Shown: one piece after another, positions 11,585 to 23,379 of the stretch | Position numbering within the stretch: position 1 is the first letter of the stretch | How the letters are laid out: every line of letters begins with the position of its first letter | Assembly: GCF_963921235.1 (NCBI RefSeq) | Contig: NC_086097.1 | Coordinates: 253,086,001-253,150,000 of the forward strand | Source of the DNA: Mobula hypostoma | Taxonomy: Eukaryota | Direction of reading: 5' to 3' | DNA length: 64,000 nucleotides | Position numbers and translations under genes: made by a program | The notes under the pieces: model-generated | The model's database searches: none | Told to the model about the DNA's origin: nothing | The model's input: only the letters and a program-made list of their open reading frames with translations

Positions 11585-14500
11585 AGGACCTCCAGGGTAG
11601 TAATCTCAGGATTGCTACCTGTGCCACGTGCTAGCGAGGGCAAGAATAGTAGGATCAGGCAGATGAATGCCTGGCTGAGAGACTGGTGTAGGGGACAGGG
11701 CTTCAGATTCTTGGATAATTGGGATCTCTTCTGGGGGAAGTATGACCTGTTCAAAATGGACAGGTTACACCTGAACCCGAAGGGGACCAATATCCTGGCG
11801 GGAAAGTTTAATAGAGCCGTTAGGGAGGGTTTAAACTAATTTGGCAGGGGGGTGGGAACCGGAATGATAGAGCGGAGGAAGGGGAAAACAGAAATAAATC
11901 TAAGATAGTGAGCAGTAAAGATGTCAGGAAGGACAGGCAGGTGATGGAGCAAATTTGCAGCCATTGGGATGAGTTGCAGTGCAATAAAGTTGCAGTGAAA
12001 TCAAAGCAAAAAGTACCAAATACTGGTCTTAAGGTGTTATACTTAAATGCACGCAGCATATGGAATAAGGTGGATGATCTTGTCGTACAGCTACAGATTG
12101 GCAGGTATGATATTGTGGCCATCACTGAGACCTGGCTAAAGGATGCATGTCTCTGGGAGCTGAACGTCCAAAGATACACGGTGTATCGGAAGGATAGGAA
12201 GGTAGGCAGAGGGGGAGGCGTGGCTTTATTGGTAAGAAATGATATTAAATCATTAGAAAGAGGTGATATAGGATCGGAAGGTGCAGAATCTTTATGGGTT
12301 GAGCTAAGAAATCGCAGGGGTAAAAGGACCCTGATGGCAGTTATTTATAGGCCTCCAAACAGCTGCAGGGATGTGGACTACAAATTACAACTGGAAATAG
12401 AAAAGGCTCGTCAGAACGGCAGTGTTATGATAATTGTGGGGGATTTTAACATGCGAGTAGATTGGAAAAATCAGGTCGGCACTGGATCTCAAGAGAGAGA
12501 ATTTGTAGAATGTCTGCGAGATGGCTTTTTAGAACAGCTTGTTGTTGAGCCCACTAGGGGATCGGCTGTACTGGATTGGGTATTGTGTAATGAACCAGAG
12601 GTGATTAGAGAGATTGAGGTGAAGGAACCCTTAGGAGACAGTGATCATAACATGATTGAGTTCACTGTGAAATTTGAAAAAGAGAAGCCAAAAATCTGAT
12701 GTGTCGGTATTTCAGTGGAGTAAAGGAAATTACAGTGGCATGAGAGAGGAACTGGCCAAAGTTGACTGGAAAGGGACACTGGCAGGAAAGACGGCAGAGC
12801 AGCAGTGGCTGGAGTTTATGCGAGAAGTGAGGAAGGTGCAAGACAGGATTATTCCAAAAAAGAAGAAATTTTCGAGTGGAAAAAGGATGCAACCGTGGTT
12901 GACAAGAGAAGTCAAAGCCAAAGTTAAAGCAAAGGAGAAGGCATACAAGGAAGCAAAAATTAGTGGGAAGACAGAGGATTGGGAAGTTTTTAAAACCTTA
13001 CAAAAGGAAACTAAGAAGGTGATTAAGAGGGAAAAGATTAACTATGAAAGGAAGCTAGCAAATAATATCAAAGAGGATACTAAAAGCTTTTTCAAGTAAA
13101 TAAAGAGTAAAAGATAGGTGAGAGTAGATAAAGGACCGATAGAAAATGATGCTGGAGAAATTGTAATGGGAGATAAGGAGATGGCAGAGGAACTGAAAGA
13201 GTATTTTGCATCAGTCTTCACTGAGGAAGACATCAGCAGTATACCGGACACTCAAGGGTGGCAGGGAAGAGAAGTGTGCGCAGTCACAATTACGACAGAG
13301 GAAGTACTCAGGAAGCTGAATAGTCTAAAGGTAGATAAATCTCCTGGACCAGATGGAATGCACCCTCGTGTTTTGAAGGAAGTAGCTGTGGAGATTGCGG
13401 AGGCATTAGCAATGATCTTTCAAAAGTCGATAGATTCTGGCATGGTTCCGGAAGACTGGAAGATTTCAAATGTCACTCCGCTATTTAAGAAGGGGGCAAG
13501 GAAGCAAAAAGGAAATTATAGACCTGTTAGCTTGACATCGGTGGGTGGGAAGTTGTTGGAGTCAGTTGTCAAGGATGAGGTTACAGAGTACCTGGAGGCA
13601 AATGACAAGATAGGCAAAACTCAGCATGGATTCCTTCAAGGAAAATCCTGCCTGACAAACCTATTACAATTTTTTGAGGAAATTACCAGTAGGCTAGACA
13701 AGGGAGATGCAGTGGATGTTGTATATTTGGATTTTCAGAAGGCCTTTGACAAGGTGCCACATATGAGGCTACTTAACAAGATAAGAGCCCGTGGAATTAC
13801 GGGAAAGTTACATACGTGCATAGAGCGTTGGCTGATTGGCAGGAAACAGAGAGTGGGAATAAAGGGATCCTATTCTGGTTGGCTGCCAGTTACCAGTGGT
13901 GTTCCACGGGGGTCCGTGTTGGGGCAGTTTCTTTTTACATTGTACATCAACGATTTGGATTATGGAATAGATGGCTTTGTGGCTAAGTTTGCTGACACTA
14001 CGAAGATAGGTGGAGGGACCGGTAGTGCTGAGGAAACAGAGAGTCTGCAGGGAGACTTGGATAGATTGGAAGAATGGGCAAAGAAGTGGCAAATGAAATA
14101 CAATGTTGGAAAGTGTATGGTTATGCACTTTGGCAGAAGAAATAAATGGGCAGACTATTATTTAAATGGGGAGAGAATTCAAAGTTCTGAGATGCAATGG
14201 GACTTGGGAGTCCTCGTGCTGGATACCCTTAAGGTTAATGTCCAGGTTGAGTCGTTGATAAAGAAGGCGAATGCAATATTGGCACTCATTTCTAGAGGAA
14301 TAGAGTATAGGAGCAGAGATGTGATGTTGAGGCTCTATAAGGCACTGGTGAGACCTCACTTAAAGTACTGTGGGCAGTTTTGGTCTCCATATTTAAGAAA
14401 GAATGTTCTGACATTGGAGAAAGTACAGAGAAGATTCACTAGAATGATTCCGGGAATGAGAGGGTTAGCATGTGAGGAATGTTTGTCCGCTCTTGGACTG

Positions 14501-14910
14501 TATTCCTTGGAGTTTAGAAGAATGAGGGGAGACCTCATAGAAACATTTTGAATGCTGAAAAGCATGGACAGAGTGGATGTGGCAAAGTTGTGGCAAAGTT
14601 GTGGCAAGAGGGCATGACTTAAGGATTAAAGGGTGCCCATTCAGAACAGAAATGCGAAGAAATTTTTTTAGTCACAGGGTGGTGAATCTATGGAATTTGT
14701 TGCCACGGGCAGCAGTGGAGGCCAAGTCATTGGGTGTATTTAAGGCAGAGATTGATAGGTATCTGAGTAGCCAGGGCATCAAAGGTTATGGTGAGAAGGT
14801 GGGGGAGTGGGACTAAATGGGAGAATGGATCAGCTCATGATAAAATGGCGGAGCAGACTCGATAGGCCGAATGGCCGACTTCTGCTCCTTTGTCTTATGG
14901 TCTTATGGTC
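11585..14910 (+). mobile_element. CR1 subfamily C with 7-bp TSD
   Basis: End of ORF1 esterase (11612-11839), EN (11908-12699), RT (13118-14551; FADT for FADD); (tcttatgg)n tail; TAATATC at 11578-11584 and 14911-14917. Confidence 0.95.
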
Positions 14911-15144
14911 TAATATCTGCAACTGGTATCACCCCAAAGTCATTATGCAATAGCATTAAACAATCAGGGATGCACAACAACAGTTATGTAAATTTCCAGA
15001 AAGCCACAGTACTAAACATCACTACAAAGTCTCAAAGTTCCTAGCTACTGAGAAATGAGTGTGCTTGCCTATGCCCGTATTTCAGGTTTTACCAGCTTGA
15101 GCTGAGAAAAAATAATAATACAATAATAATAATAATAATAAAAA

Positions 15145-15365
15145 ATAAGCAATAAATATTGAGAACATGAGTTGCAGAGTCCTTAAAAGTGAGTCCATGA
15201 ATTGTGGGAACAGTTCAGTGATGAAGTGAGTGAAGTTGAGTTAAGTTATCTCTTCAGGTTCAAGAGCCTGATGGTTGAGGGGTAATATCTGTCCCGAAAT
15301 CTGCTGCTATGAGTCCTGAAGCTCCTGTACCTCCTTCCCGATGGCAGCAGTGAGAAGATAGCATG
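15145..15365 (-). mobile_element. Rex1/Babar-like 3' fragment
   Basis: ctcctgtacctccttcccgatggcagc motif; homologous to 22455-22660. Confidence 0.7.
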
Positions 15366-15440
15366 TGTGTTGTCCTGTTTTGTAACTGTGAACCAGGGCT
15401 CTAGTCACCCCCACCTGACATTCTTACGTGACAAGACGCA

Positions 15441-16430
15441 TTAATATATATATTAATGACTTGGATGAGGGAATTAAATGCAGCATCTCCAAGTTTGCGG
15501 ATGACACGAAGCTGGGTGGCAGTGTTAGCAGTGAGGAGGATGCTAAGAGGATGCAGGGTGACTTGGATAGGTTGGGTGAGTGGGCAAATTCATGGCAGAT
15601 GCAATTTAATGTGGATAAGTGTGAAGTTATCCACTTTGGTGGCAAAAATAGGAAAACAGATTATTATCTGAATGGTGGCCGATTAGGAAAAGGGGAGGTG
15701 CAACGAGACCTGGGTGTCATTATACACCAGTCATTGAAAGTGGGCATGCAGGTACAGCAGGCGGTGAAAAAGGCGAATGGTATGCTGGCATTTATAGCGA
15801 GAGGATTCGAGTACAGGAGCAGGGAGGTACTACTGCAGTTGTACAAGGCCTTGGTGAGACCACACCTGGAGTATTGTGTGCAGTTTTGGTCCCCTAATCT
15901 GAGGAAAGACATCTTTGCCATAGAGGGAGTACAAAGAAGGTTTACCAGATTGATTCCTGGGATGGCAGGACTTTCATATGAAGAAAGACTGGATGAATTG
16001 GGCTTGTACTCATTGGAATTTAGAAGATTGAGGGGGGATCTGATTGAAACGTATAAAATCCTAAAGGGATTGGACAGGCTAGATGCAAGAAGATTGTTCC
16101 CGATGTTGGGGAAGTCCAGAACGAGGGGCCACAGTTTGAGGATAGAGGGGAAGCCTTTTAGGACCGAGATTAGGAAAAACTTCTTCACACAGAGAGTGGA
16201 GAATCTGTGGAATTCTCTGCCACAGGAAACAGTTGAGGCCAGTTCATTGACTATATTTAAGAGGGAGTTAGATATGGCCCTTGTGGCTACGGGGGTCAGG
16301 GGGTATGGAGGGAAGGCTGGGGCGGGGTTCTGAGTTGGATGATCAGCCATGATCATAATAAATGGCGGTGCAGGCTCGAAGGGCCGAATGGCCTACTCCT
16401 GCACCTATTTTCTATGTTTCTATGTTTCTA
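15441..16430 (+). mobile_element. CR1 subfamily A (young), 3' ~1 kb
   Basis: Uninterrupted ORF 15428-16333 with KFADDTK; (tttctatg)n tail. Confidence 0.95.
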
Positions 16431-17119
16431 ATGGTCCAGCATCGATACAAGTGGGTAATTTCCAACCTTGTTTAAAATGTACGCCACACAATGTTAACTC
16501 CTCTCCCCTCTGGCTGCAGGGCTGGTGGCAGAGGACTTACATATGCTGACCAATGTTCACAGAAAACAAATGGAAGAACCGAGTTACAGAAGGAGAATAT
16601 AAATACCATCTTTGGTGAATGTTATTGAGGGAGCAATAACTATTAAATAGGGGTGTGGATTACGCTGATGTGGTAAGAGGGAACCGCAGAGAAAGAATAG
16701 AAAGAGAGGCATGGAAGGCAGCAGTGATGACATCCAAACTTCAGGAACTTCTCCATTGTTAGTGTATGCACTCATTGTTGGAATAGAAAATTAGGTTTTG
16801 CTGTTAGGTCTGTGGACAATCATTTTATTCTGTAATCAGGACCTAGTCTGTTACTTAGATAAGTCTTCCTGTGGCCAACATTCTGTTCTCAAAACATATA
16901 CTGGTAATCTCTTCAACTCTGAATGTAAAAGCTGCACCAAATACATGCCTGGGGTAAATCAGTTTTGACTGGTTTGGTTCACACCAGTTTTCATTACATC
17001 ACCCTTTCTTTCAAACACCAACTTCGTGTGGCCTTTCAGATTTCTCCGAGTCAGTACTGCAAGAAAAACTAAAGCATTTGTAGATAGGTTCTTCAGTGGT
17101 CAGGACATCAAAGGTCATG

Positions 17120-17912
17120 GATATTCAGAGGCCTTTGTACTTTAACTTGGATTTTCCGAAGGCCTTTGTCAAGGTACTATACATGAGGCTGCTTAGCAAG
17201 ATAAGAGCCCACGGAATTACAGGGGACTTACTAGCATGGGCGGAGCATTGGCTGGTCGGCAGAAAACAGAGAGTGGGAATAAAGGGATCCTATTCTGGCT
17301 GGCTGCCGGTTACCAGTGGAGTTCCACAGGGTTCGGTGTTGGGACCACTGCTTTTTATGATGTACATCAATGACTTGGACTGTGGGATTAATGGATTTGT
17401 GGCTAATTTGCCGATGATACAGAGATAGGTGGAGCAGCCGGTAGTGTTGAGGAAACAGACAGCCTGCAGAGAGACTTAGATAGTTTAGGGGAATGGGCAA
17501 AGAAGTGGCAAATGAAATACAATGTTGGAAAGTGTATGGTCATGCACTTTGGTGGAAGAAATAAACGGGCAGACTATTATTTAGATGGGGAGAGAATTCA
17601 AAATGCGAAGATGCAAAGGGACTTGGGAGTCCTCGTGCAGGATACCCTAAAGATTAACCTCCAGGTTGAGTCAGTTGTGAAGATGGGGAATGCAATGTTG
17701 GCATTCATTTCTAGAGGTATAGAATATAAGAGCAGGGATGTGATATTGAGGCTCTATAAGGCACTCGTGAGACCACACTTGGAGTATTGCGTGCAGTGTT
17801 GGGCTCCTTATTTTAGAAAGGATATACTGACATTGGAGAGGGTTCAGAGAAGTTTCATGAGAATGATTCCAGGAATGAAAGGGTTACCATATGAGGAACG
17901 TCTGGCAGCTCT
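17120..17912 (+). mobile_element. CR1 RT fragment (C-like)
   Basis: ORFs 17096-17428 ([13 protein letters not shown]) and 17512-17985. Confidence 0.9.
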
Positions 17913-18334
17913 ATGGACATTTATAACATCTATGTACCATATAACTAATGGTAAAGTCTGTAAATCACAGTGTTCTTTCAAATAAAGTTGATGAAGTGCT
18001 TACTTTAATGACAAAAATCAAAGCATTTGTATCCTACAAGTAGTATACACAATTGAACAGCCAAAGAAACTACATGTGTTGTAGTCAAAACGATTTTTTC
18101 CCAATGAATTGGTGTAAAGTTCAAAACCTTATCATGCAATTCCTAATCATCATTTATTACATCTTTGTGCTGCTGCAAAAGAGATTCTGGCTTGTGTCAT
18201 TCAGGAAAATAAAACAGTAACCGGTAACTAGCAAGATAAGGTCAGCTAGAAACAGACCTTTATTAGCTAGCAGCCACTGAGTGCACGCTCACGATCTCCT
18301 GCTGCTGTAGTCCGTCCACTTCTAGGTTTGACCG

Positions 18335-18506
18335 CACAAAATGCTGGAGGAACTCAGCAGGTCAGGCAGCATCGATGAAGAGGAATAAACAGAAACAGTT
18401 GATGGGTTGGGCCGAGTCCTGAAGAAGGATCTTGGCCTAAAATATTGACTGTTTGTTAATTTCCATAGGTGCTGTCCGACCCGCGGAGTTCCTCCAGCAT
18501 TTTGTG
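18335..18506. repeat. Fold-back pair of Penelope-derived short repeats with hammerhead remnant
   Basis: cacaaaatgctggaggaactc...gagttcctccagcattttgtg inverted arms; agtc-CTGAAGA...ttgactg at ~18416-18451. Confidence 0.75.
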
Positions 18507-18559
18507 TGTGCTTCACCTTGGGCAATAGTTGATGAAGCAGAGTGATTGGTTTCCTCTGA

Positions 18560-20460
18560 AGAAGTCAATCAAGTGAAAATCAAAGAAATACTGAAATGGC
18601 AAAATAATACAACTGTGGCTGACAAGGGGAGGCAAAGCTAATGTAAAAGCAAAAGAAAGATCATACAACAAAGCAAAAATTAGTGATAAGGGAGAGGATT
18701 GGGAAAGCTTTAAAACCCTGCAGAGAGCAACTGAAAGAATCATTAGGAGGGAAGAGATGAAATATGAAAGCAAGCTAGCAAACAATATCAAAGTGGATAG
18801 TAAAAGCTTTTTCAATGTAAAAAACAAAAGAGAGATGAGAGTGGATATTGGACCGCTAGAAAACGAGGCTGGAGAAATAATAACGGGGGCCGAGGAGATG
18901 GCAGATGAACTAAATGAGCATTTTGCATCAGTTTTTACTGTGGAAGACACGAGCAGTGTGCCAGATGTTGAAGGGTGTGAGAGAAGAGAAGTGAGTACAG
19001 TTAGTATAATAAGGCAAAAGATGCTCAAAAAGCTGAAAGACCTAAGTTTACATAAGTCACCCAGACCAGCTGAACTGCACCCTAGGGTCCTGAAAGAGAT
19101 GTCGGTGCAGATTGTGGAGGCATTAGTAATTATCTTCCAAAATTCATTGGATTCTAGCATGGCGCCAGAGGACTGGAAAATTGCAAATGTTACCCCACTC
19201 TTTAAGAAAGGAGGAAGGCATCAGAAAGGAAGTTATATACCAATTAGCCTGACCCCAGTGGTTGGAAAGATGCTGGAGTCAATTGTTAAGGACGAGGTTA
19301 TGGAGTACTTGGTGACACAGGACAAGATAGTACAAAGTCAGCATGGTTTCCTTAAGGGAAAATCTAGCCTGAGAAACCTGTTGGAATTCTTTGAGGAGAT
19401 CACAAGTAGGATAGATAAAAGGAATGCAGTGGATGTTGAATATTTGGACTTTCAGAAGGCCTTTGACAAGGTGCCACACATGGCTGCTTACCAAGTTAAG
19501 AGCCCATGGTGTTACAGAAAAGTTACTAACTTGGTTAGAGCATTGGCTGATTGGTAGGAGGCAGCGAGTGGGAATAAAAGAATCCTTTACTGGTTGGCTG
19601 CCAGTGTCTAGTGGTATTCTGCAGGGGTCGGTGTTGGGACCACCTTTTTTACGCTGTATATAAATGATTTAGACGATAAAATAGATGGCTTTATTGCCAA
19701 GCTTGCAGATGATACAAAGATTGGTGGAGGGGCAGGTAATGTTGAGGAAACAGGTAGACTACAAAGGACTTAGACAGATTAGGGGAATGGGCAAGAAAGT
19801 GGGAAATGAAATACAATGTTAGAAAATGTATGGTCATGCACTTTGGTAGAAGACATAGATGTGCAGATTATTTTCTACATGGGGAGAAAATCCAAAAATC
19901 TGAGATGCAAAGGGACTTGGGAGTCCACGTGCAGAACACCCTCATGGGTAACTTGCAGGTAGAGCCAGTGGTGAGAAAGGCAAATGAAATATTAGCATTC
20001 ATTTCAAGAGCAAGGATGTGTTGTTGAGGCCTCATAAGACACTGGTGAGGCCTCACCTTGAGTACCGTGAACAGTTTTGGGCTCCTCATCTAAGAAATGT
20101 TGTGCTGGCATTGGAGAAGATCCAGAGGCAGTTCACAGAGATCATTCTGGGAATGAAAAGATTATCATATGAGGGAAGTTTGATGGCTCTGGGTCTGTAT
20201 TCACTGGAATTCAGAAGGATGAGGGAGGATTTTATTGAAACCTTTTGAATGTTGAAAGGCCCAGACAGAGTAGATGTGGAAAGGATGGTGGGGGAGTCTG
20301 GAACAGGAGGGCACAGCCTCAGGATAGAGGGTTATCTATTTAAAACAGAGATGTGGAGGAATGTTTTTAGTGGTGAATTTGTGGAATTTGTTACCACAGG
20401 CAGCTGTAGAGGCCAGGTCATTGGGTGTACTTAAGGAAACGTTTGATAAGTTTTTGATTG
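18560..20460 (+). mobile_element. Degraded CR1 ORF2
   Basis: ORFs 18757-19557, 19424-19663, 19806-20434 with RT motifs and frameshifts. Confidence 0.92.
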
Positions 20461-20848
20461 GACCTCTATTTTCCTCTTCCCATCCACAAGCAGCTGGCCA
20501 AGAGATGTTGGAGTCAATGCCAGAGGCAGTGTGATGCTGCGTCCATTCTGGCATCATTGCTGCCCTCCAGTGTTTGCTCAGTGGAAGACAAGCTGCATTG
20601 TGTTTAAATGTAGACTGCTGCAACATTCATGGAGTCAGGGACCTGGACTTTTTTGTGTGACTGTATATTTACTTGCTTTCTGAGATTCATTTTCTTTGGG
20701 GTATACTTAATAAATCCAATAACCATAATCGAATCAATGAAAGACCATGCCCAACAGGACAAACAATAACCTGTTGGGTGAGGTCTTCCACTGATTCTAC
20801 TGTGATCTCCTTTCTTCCCCCTCCTCAAGTCAGTAATTATTTTATTGA

Positions 20849-20995
20849 CAACACACACAAAATGCTGAAGGAAATCAATACATCAGGCAGCATCTATGGA
20901 GCAGAATAAACAGTCAACATTTTGGGCTGAGAACTTCCATCAAGACTGGAAACGAAGGGATAAGAACCCAGAGTAAGAAGGTGGGAAGGGGTGAC
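20849..20995 (-). repeat. Penelope-derived short repeat, decayed hammerhead
   Basis: Homologous to 39560-39690 and 32030-32190. Confidence 0.7.
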
Positions 20996-21409
20996 AATAA
21001 ATACTGTGTTCTGTGTGTCAGATCTACATGCCCAGTGATGCTGGTACAGGTGAGATTTTCATTGTACCTGTATGTCACCGTACCTGTCCACGTGACAATA
21101 ATCTCCACCTGACTTGATCAACAAGTTGAATGTGGAAATCTGTTTCAGAATAAAAGATAATTTATTTAGGACAAAAGCAGGGAAACATCCTCCTCTCATG
21201 CTGTAGGTTCAGGCATGTTTTGTTCATTTCACGCTGGAGAGCTGAGAAGACAGACTGAAGATACATTGAAGGCTTGGGCTTTTAGTTCACCTGTCTCCTT
21301 GTATTGGGATCACTGGGTTTGAGACTCATGCTGAGTTGACATGACAGATGGCCTCCTCCAATCTGCATTTCTTATTCTCTTGGTCACCTTGTCCTCCTGG
21401 TATAGGGAG

Positions 21410-22050
21410 GATGTGGCCAACAGGAAAGAGTGCAGAGAAGATCTATGACGAGTTTGCCTGGACTGGACAGCCTGAATAGTAGGGAGATGTTGGCCAGGGT
21501 AGATCTTAATTCCTGGAACATGGGTGAACGAGAGGTGGCATGGTAGTGTAGTGGTAAGCAGAAAGACATACAGCGCCAGTGACCCGGGTTCATTTCAAGC
21601 CACTGTCTGTAAGGAGTGTGTACGTTATCCTCACGTCCTCATGGATTTCCTCTGGGTGCTCTGGTTTCCTCCCACATTCCAAAATCGTATGAATGAGCAG
21701 ATTATTGGTCACATGGTGTAATTGGGTGATATAGGTTTGTTGGGCCAGAAGGTCCTGTAACATTGCTGTATCTCTACATAAAAATTAAAATACAATGAGG
21801 GGGAACAGTATAGAAATGTTTAAATTATTAAAGGCATGGATGAGGTCTTTTCTCCAGGACAGGGGAGACCAAGACTTGGGAATAAATGTTTAGGTTGAGA
21901 GGGGAAGCTTACAAAGGGATGTGAAGGGTAATGTTTTCATGCAGAGGGTGGTGAGTTAATGGAACAAGCAGCCAGAGGAAGTGGTTGAGGCAGGTACAAT
22001 AGTATCATTGAAGAAGCACTTGGATAGGTACGTGGAGGGGCAGGGTGGCT
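21410..22050 (+). mobile_element. Old CR1 3' fragment split by a SINE
   Basis: ERVQRR.. region at 21410-21525 continues at 21795-22050 (aatgaggggg...cagagggtggtg). Confidence 0.6.
21533..21790 (+). mobile_element. tRNA-derived V-SINE-like element
   Basis: A box tggtagtgtagtgg, B-box-like gggttcatttc, V-domain-like tttcctctgggtgctctggtttcctcccaca, A-rich tail. Confidence 0.8.
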
Positions 22051-22068
22051 CAGGGAGATTTGGGATGA

Positions 22069-22452
22069 TGTAATGAGTTCTTCAGGTCTGTGCAGGGTGC
22101 CAGAGAGCATTAGGCACCTGAATTGGTTCATTGTAGTTTAACGAGCATCATTAATCGTGCTTTTCTTCAGTGACTTGCTCTTTGTATTGTCTCCTGGTGC
22201 TTTCCGTTAGTAACTTGTTAAATTTACTTTGATAAGCTTGGGATTTCCGTGTTACTTGTATTGTCTAAGCAGATGCCTGATCAGCACTAATCGCGGGGTC
22301 CTAGGTTTGAGAATGTTGCTTCTCGTGGTATCACTCTGCTAAGCCGCCAACCCTTTGGAATTATTATGAATAAAGTCTCCTCCTCGTCTCTACATCCGAG
22401 TCTGTCTTTCCTCCGCACTTGCGTCCTGATATTGCCAGTTCACACCATGACA
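22069..22452 (+). mobile_element. Probable solo or partial LTR
   Basis: tgtaatg...catgaca termini, AATAAA ~80 bp before the end; no TSD seen. Confidence 0.55.
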
Positions 22453-22454
22453 AA

Positions 22455-22870
22455 AAATAAATAATATTGTAAACATGAGATGTCAAGATCTTGAAAGTGA
22501 GTCTGTAGCTTATGGAATCATTTCAATGACGGGGAGAGTGAAGTTCTCCTCTCTGGTTCAAGAGCCTGATGGCTGAGGGGTAATAGCTGTTCCTGAACCT
22601 GGTGGTGTGGGTCCTGAGGCTCCTGTACCTCCTTCCTGATACAGCAGTGAGGGGAGAGCATGACCTGGGTGGTGGGGGTATCTGACGATGGATTCTGCTT
22701 TCCTGTGACAGTGGTCCATGTAGATGTGCTCAATAGAGGGAAAGGCTTTCCCCATGGTGGACTGGGGCGTATCCACTACTTTTTTAAATGACTTTGGTGT
22801 TTACAAACCAGGCTGTGGTGCAGCCAGTCTATATACTCTCCTCTACAGATCTGTACAAATTTGTAGCTAT
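22455..22870 (-). mobile_element. Rex1/Babar-like 3' fragment
   Basis: Minus ORF FPSIEHIYMDHCHRKAESIVRYPHHPGHAL. Confidence 0.8.
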
Positions 22871-23009
22871 CATCCATTACGTTGTGCTGCAGGTGGTAAA
22901 ACCGCATTCTGATCAAGGCGGAGCTGGACTGACTTCAAAGAACCTTGTTCTGGTGTTTGCATTGATGGGCTTGGTTTAGTGTGTTTAGGTACCTCATGAC
23001 TTTTCAAGC

Positions 23010-23285
23010 CATTGAGGGTGTCCTGACCAGCTGTATCACTGTCTGGTACAGGATCGTAAGGCATCTGACCACAAGTCCCTACAAATGACTGTGAAAAGTG
23101 CTGAGAGGATCATCAAGGTTTCTCATCCACCCATCAGAGATATTTATCAGAAGCAGGGCCCTCAGCATTGTTGATGATCCTTCCCATCTGACCAACAATC
23201 TCCTTGACCCCCGACCATCAGGCAGGAACTACTGGGCATTAGGGCAAGGACTGTTAGGATGGGAAACAGCTTCATCTCCAGGCAG
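23010..23285 (+). mobile_element. Rex1/Babar-like fragment
   Basis: CITVWY.., RALSIVDDPSH..PSGRNY. Confidence 0.7.
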
Positions 23286-23379
23286 AACTTCACGGCAGTT
23301 TGCTTCCAGCTCTGCCTAGTGACCAATCGGCATTTGTAATAGATTAGCAAGAACAAATTACACAAAGGCGGGGTAACTG

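Larger units (their letters stand above)
10190..15145 (+). mobile_element. R4/Dong-like RLE LINE copy B (pieces 10190-10525, 11190-11584, 14918-15145)
   Basis: Hand translation: QTELNSKNK..AIN.FAI..FGII..SETDL..LQRNIRTEMTNFRKH..GGKGI (RT C-terminus); HITRSC..DYLHRPNQV (Zn knuckle end); RTIHNN..DII..YLIDTAIP..EKHQKYAEL..VLIVISATG.TPKSL (RLE); FQKATVL; (taa)n tail 15111-15140. Confidence 0.85.

Noticed and set aside
15664..16356. Recurrent ~230-aa antisense ORF (also 24792-25484, partial at 10596, 37793, 57350)
   Set aside because: Shadow frame of CR1 ORF2; it recurs only because the copies are young, and it is broken by a stop in several copies
16830..17070. Possible minus-strand exon after tttttcttgcag (LTRRNLKGHTKLVFERKG..)
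   Set aside because: No recognisable protein, no partner exons, no convincing donor
21533..21610. tRNA-like sequences (also 51432, 61520)
   Set aside because: SINE heads followed by V domain and tail; no complete cloverleaf
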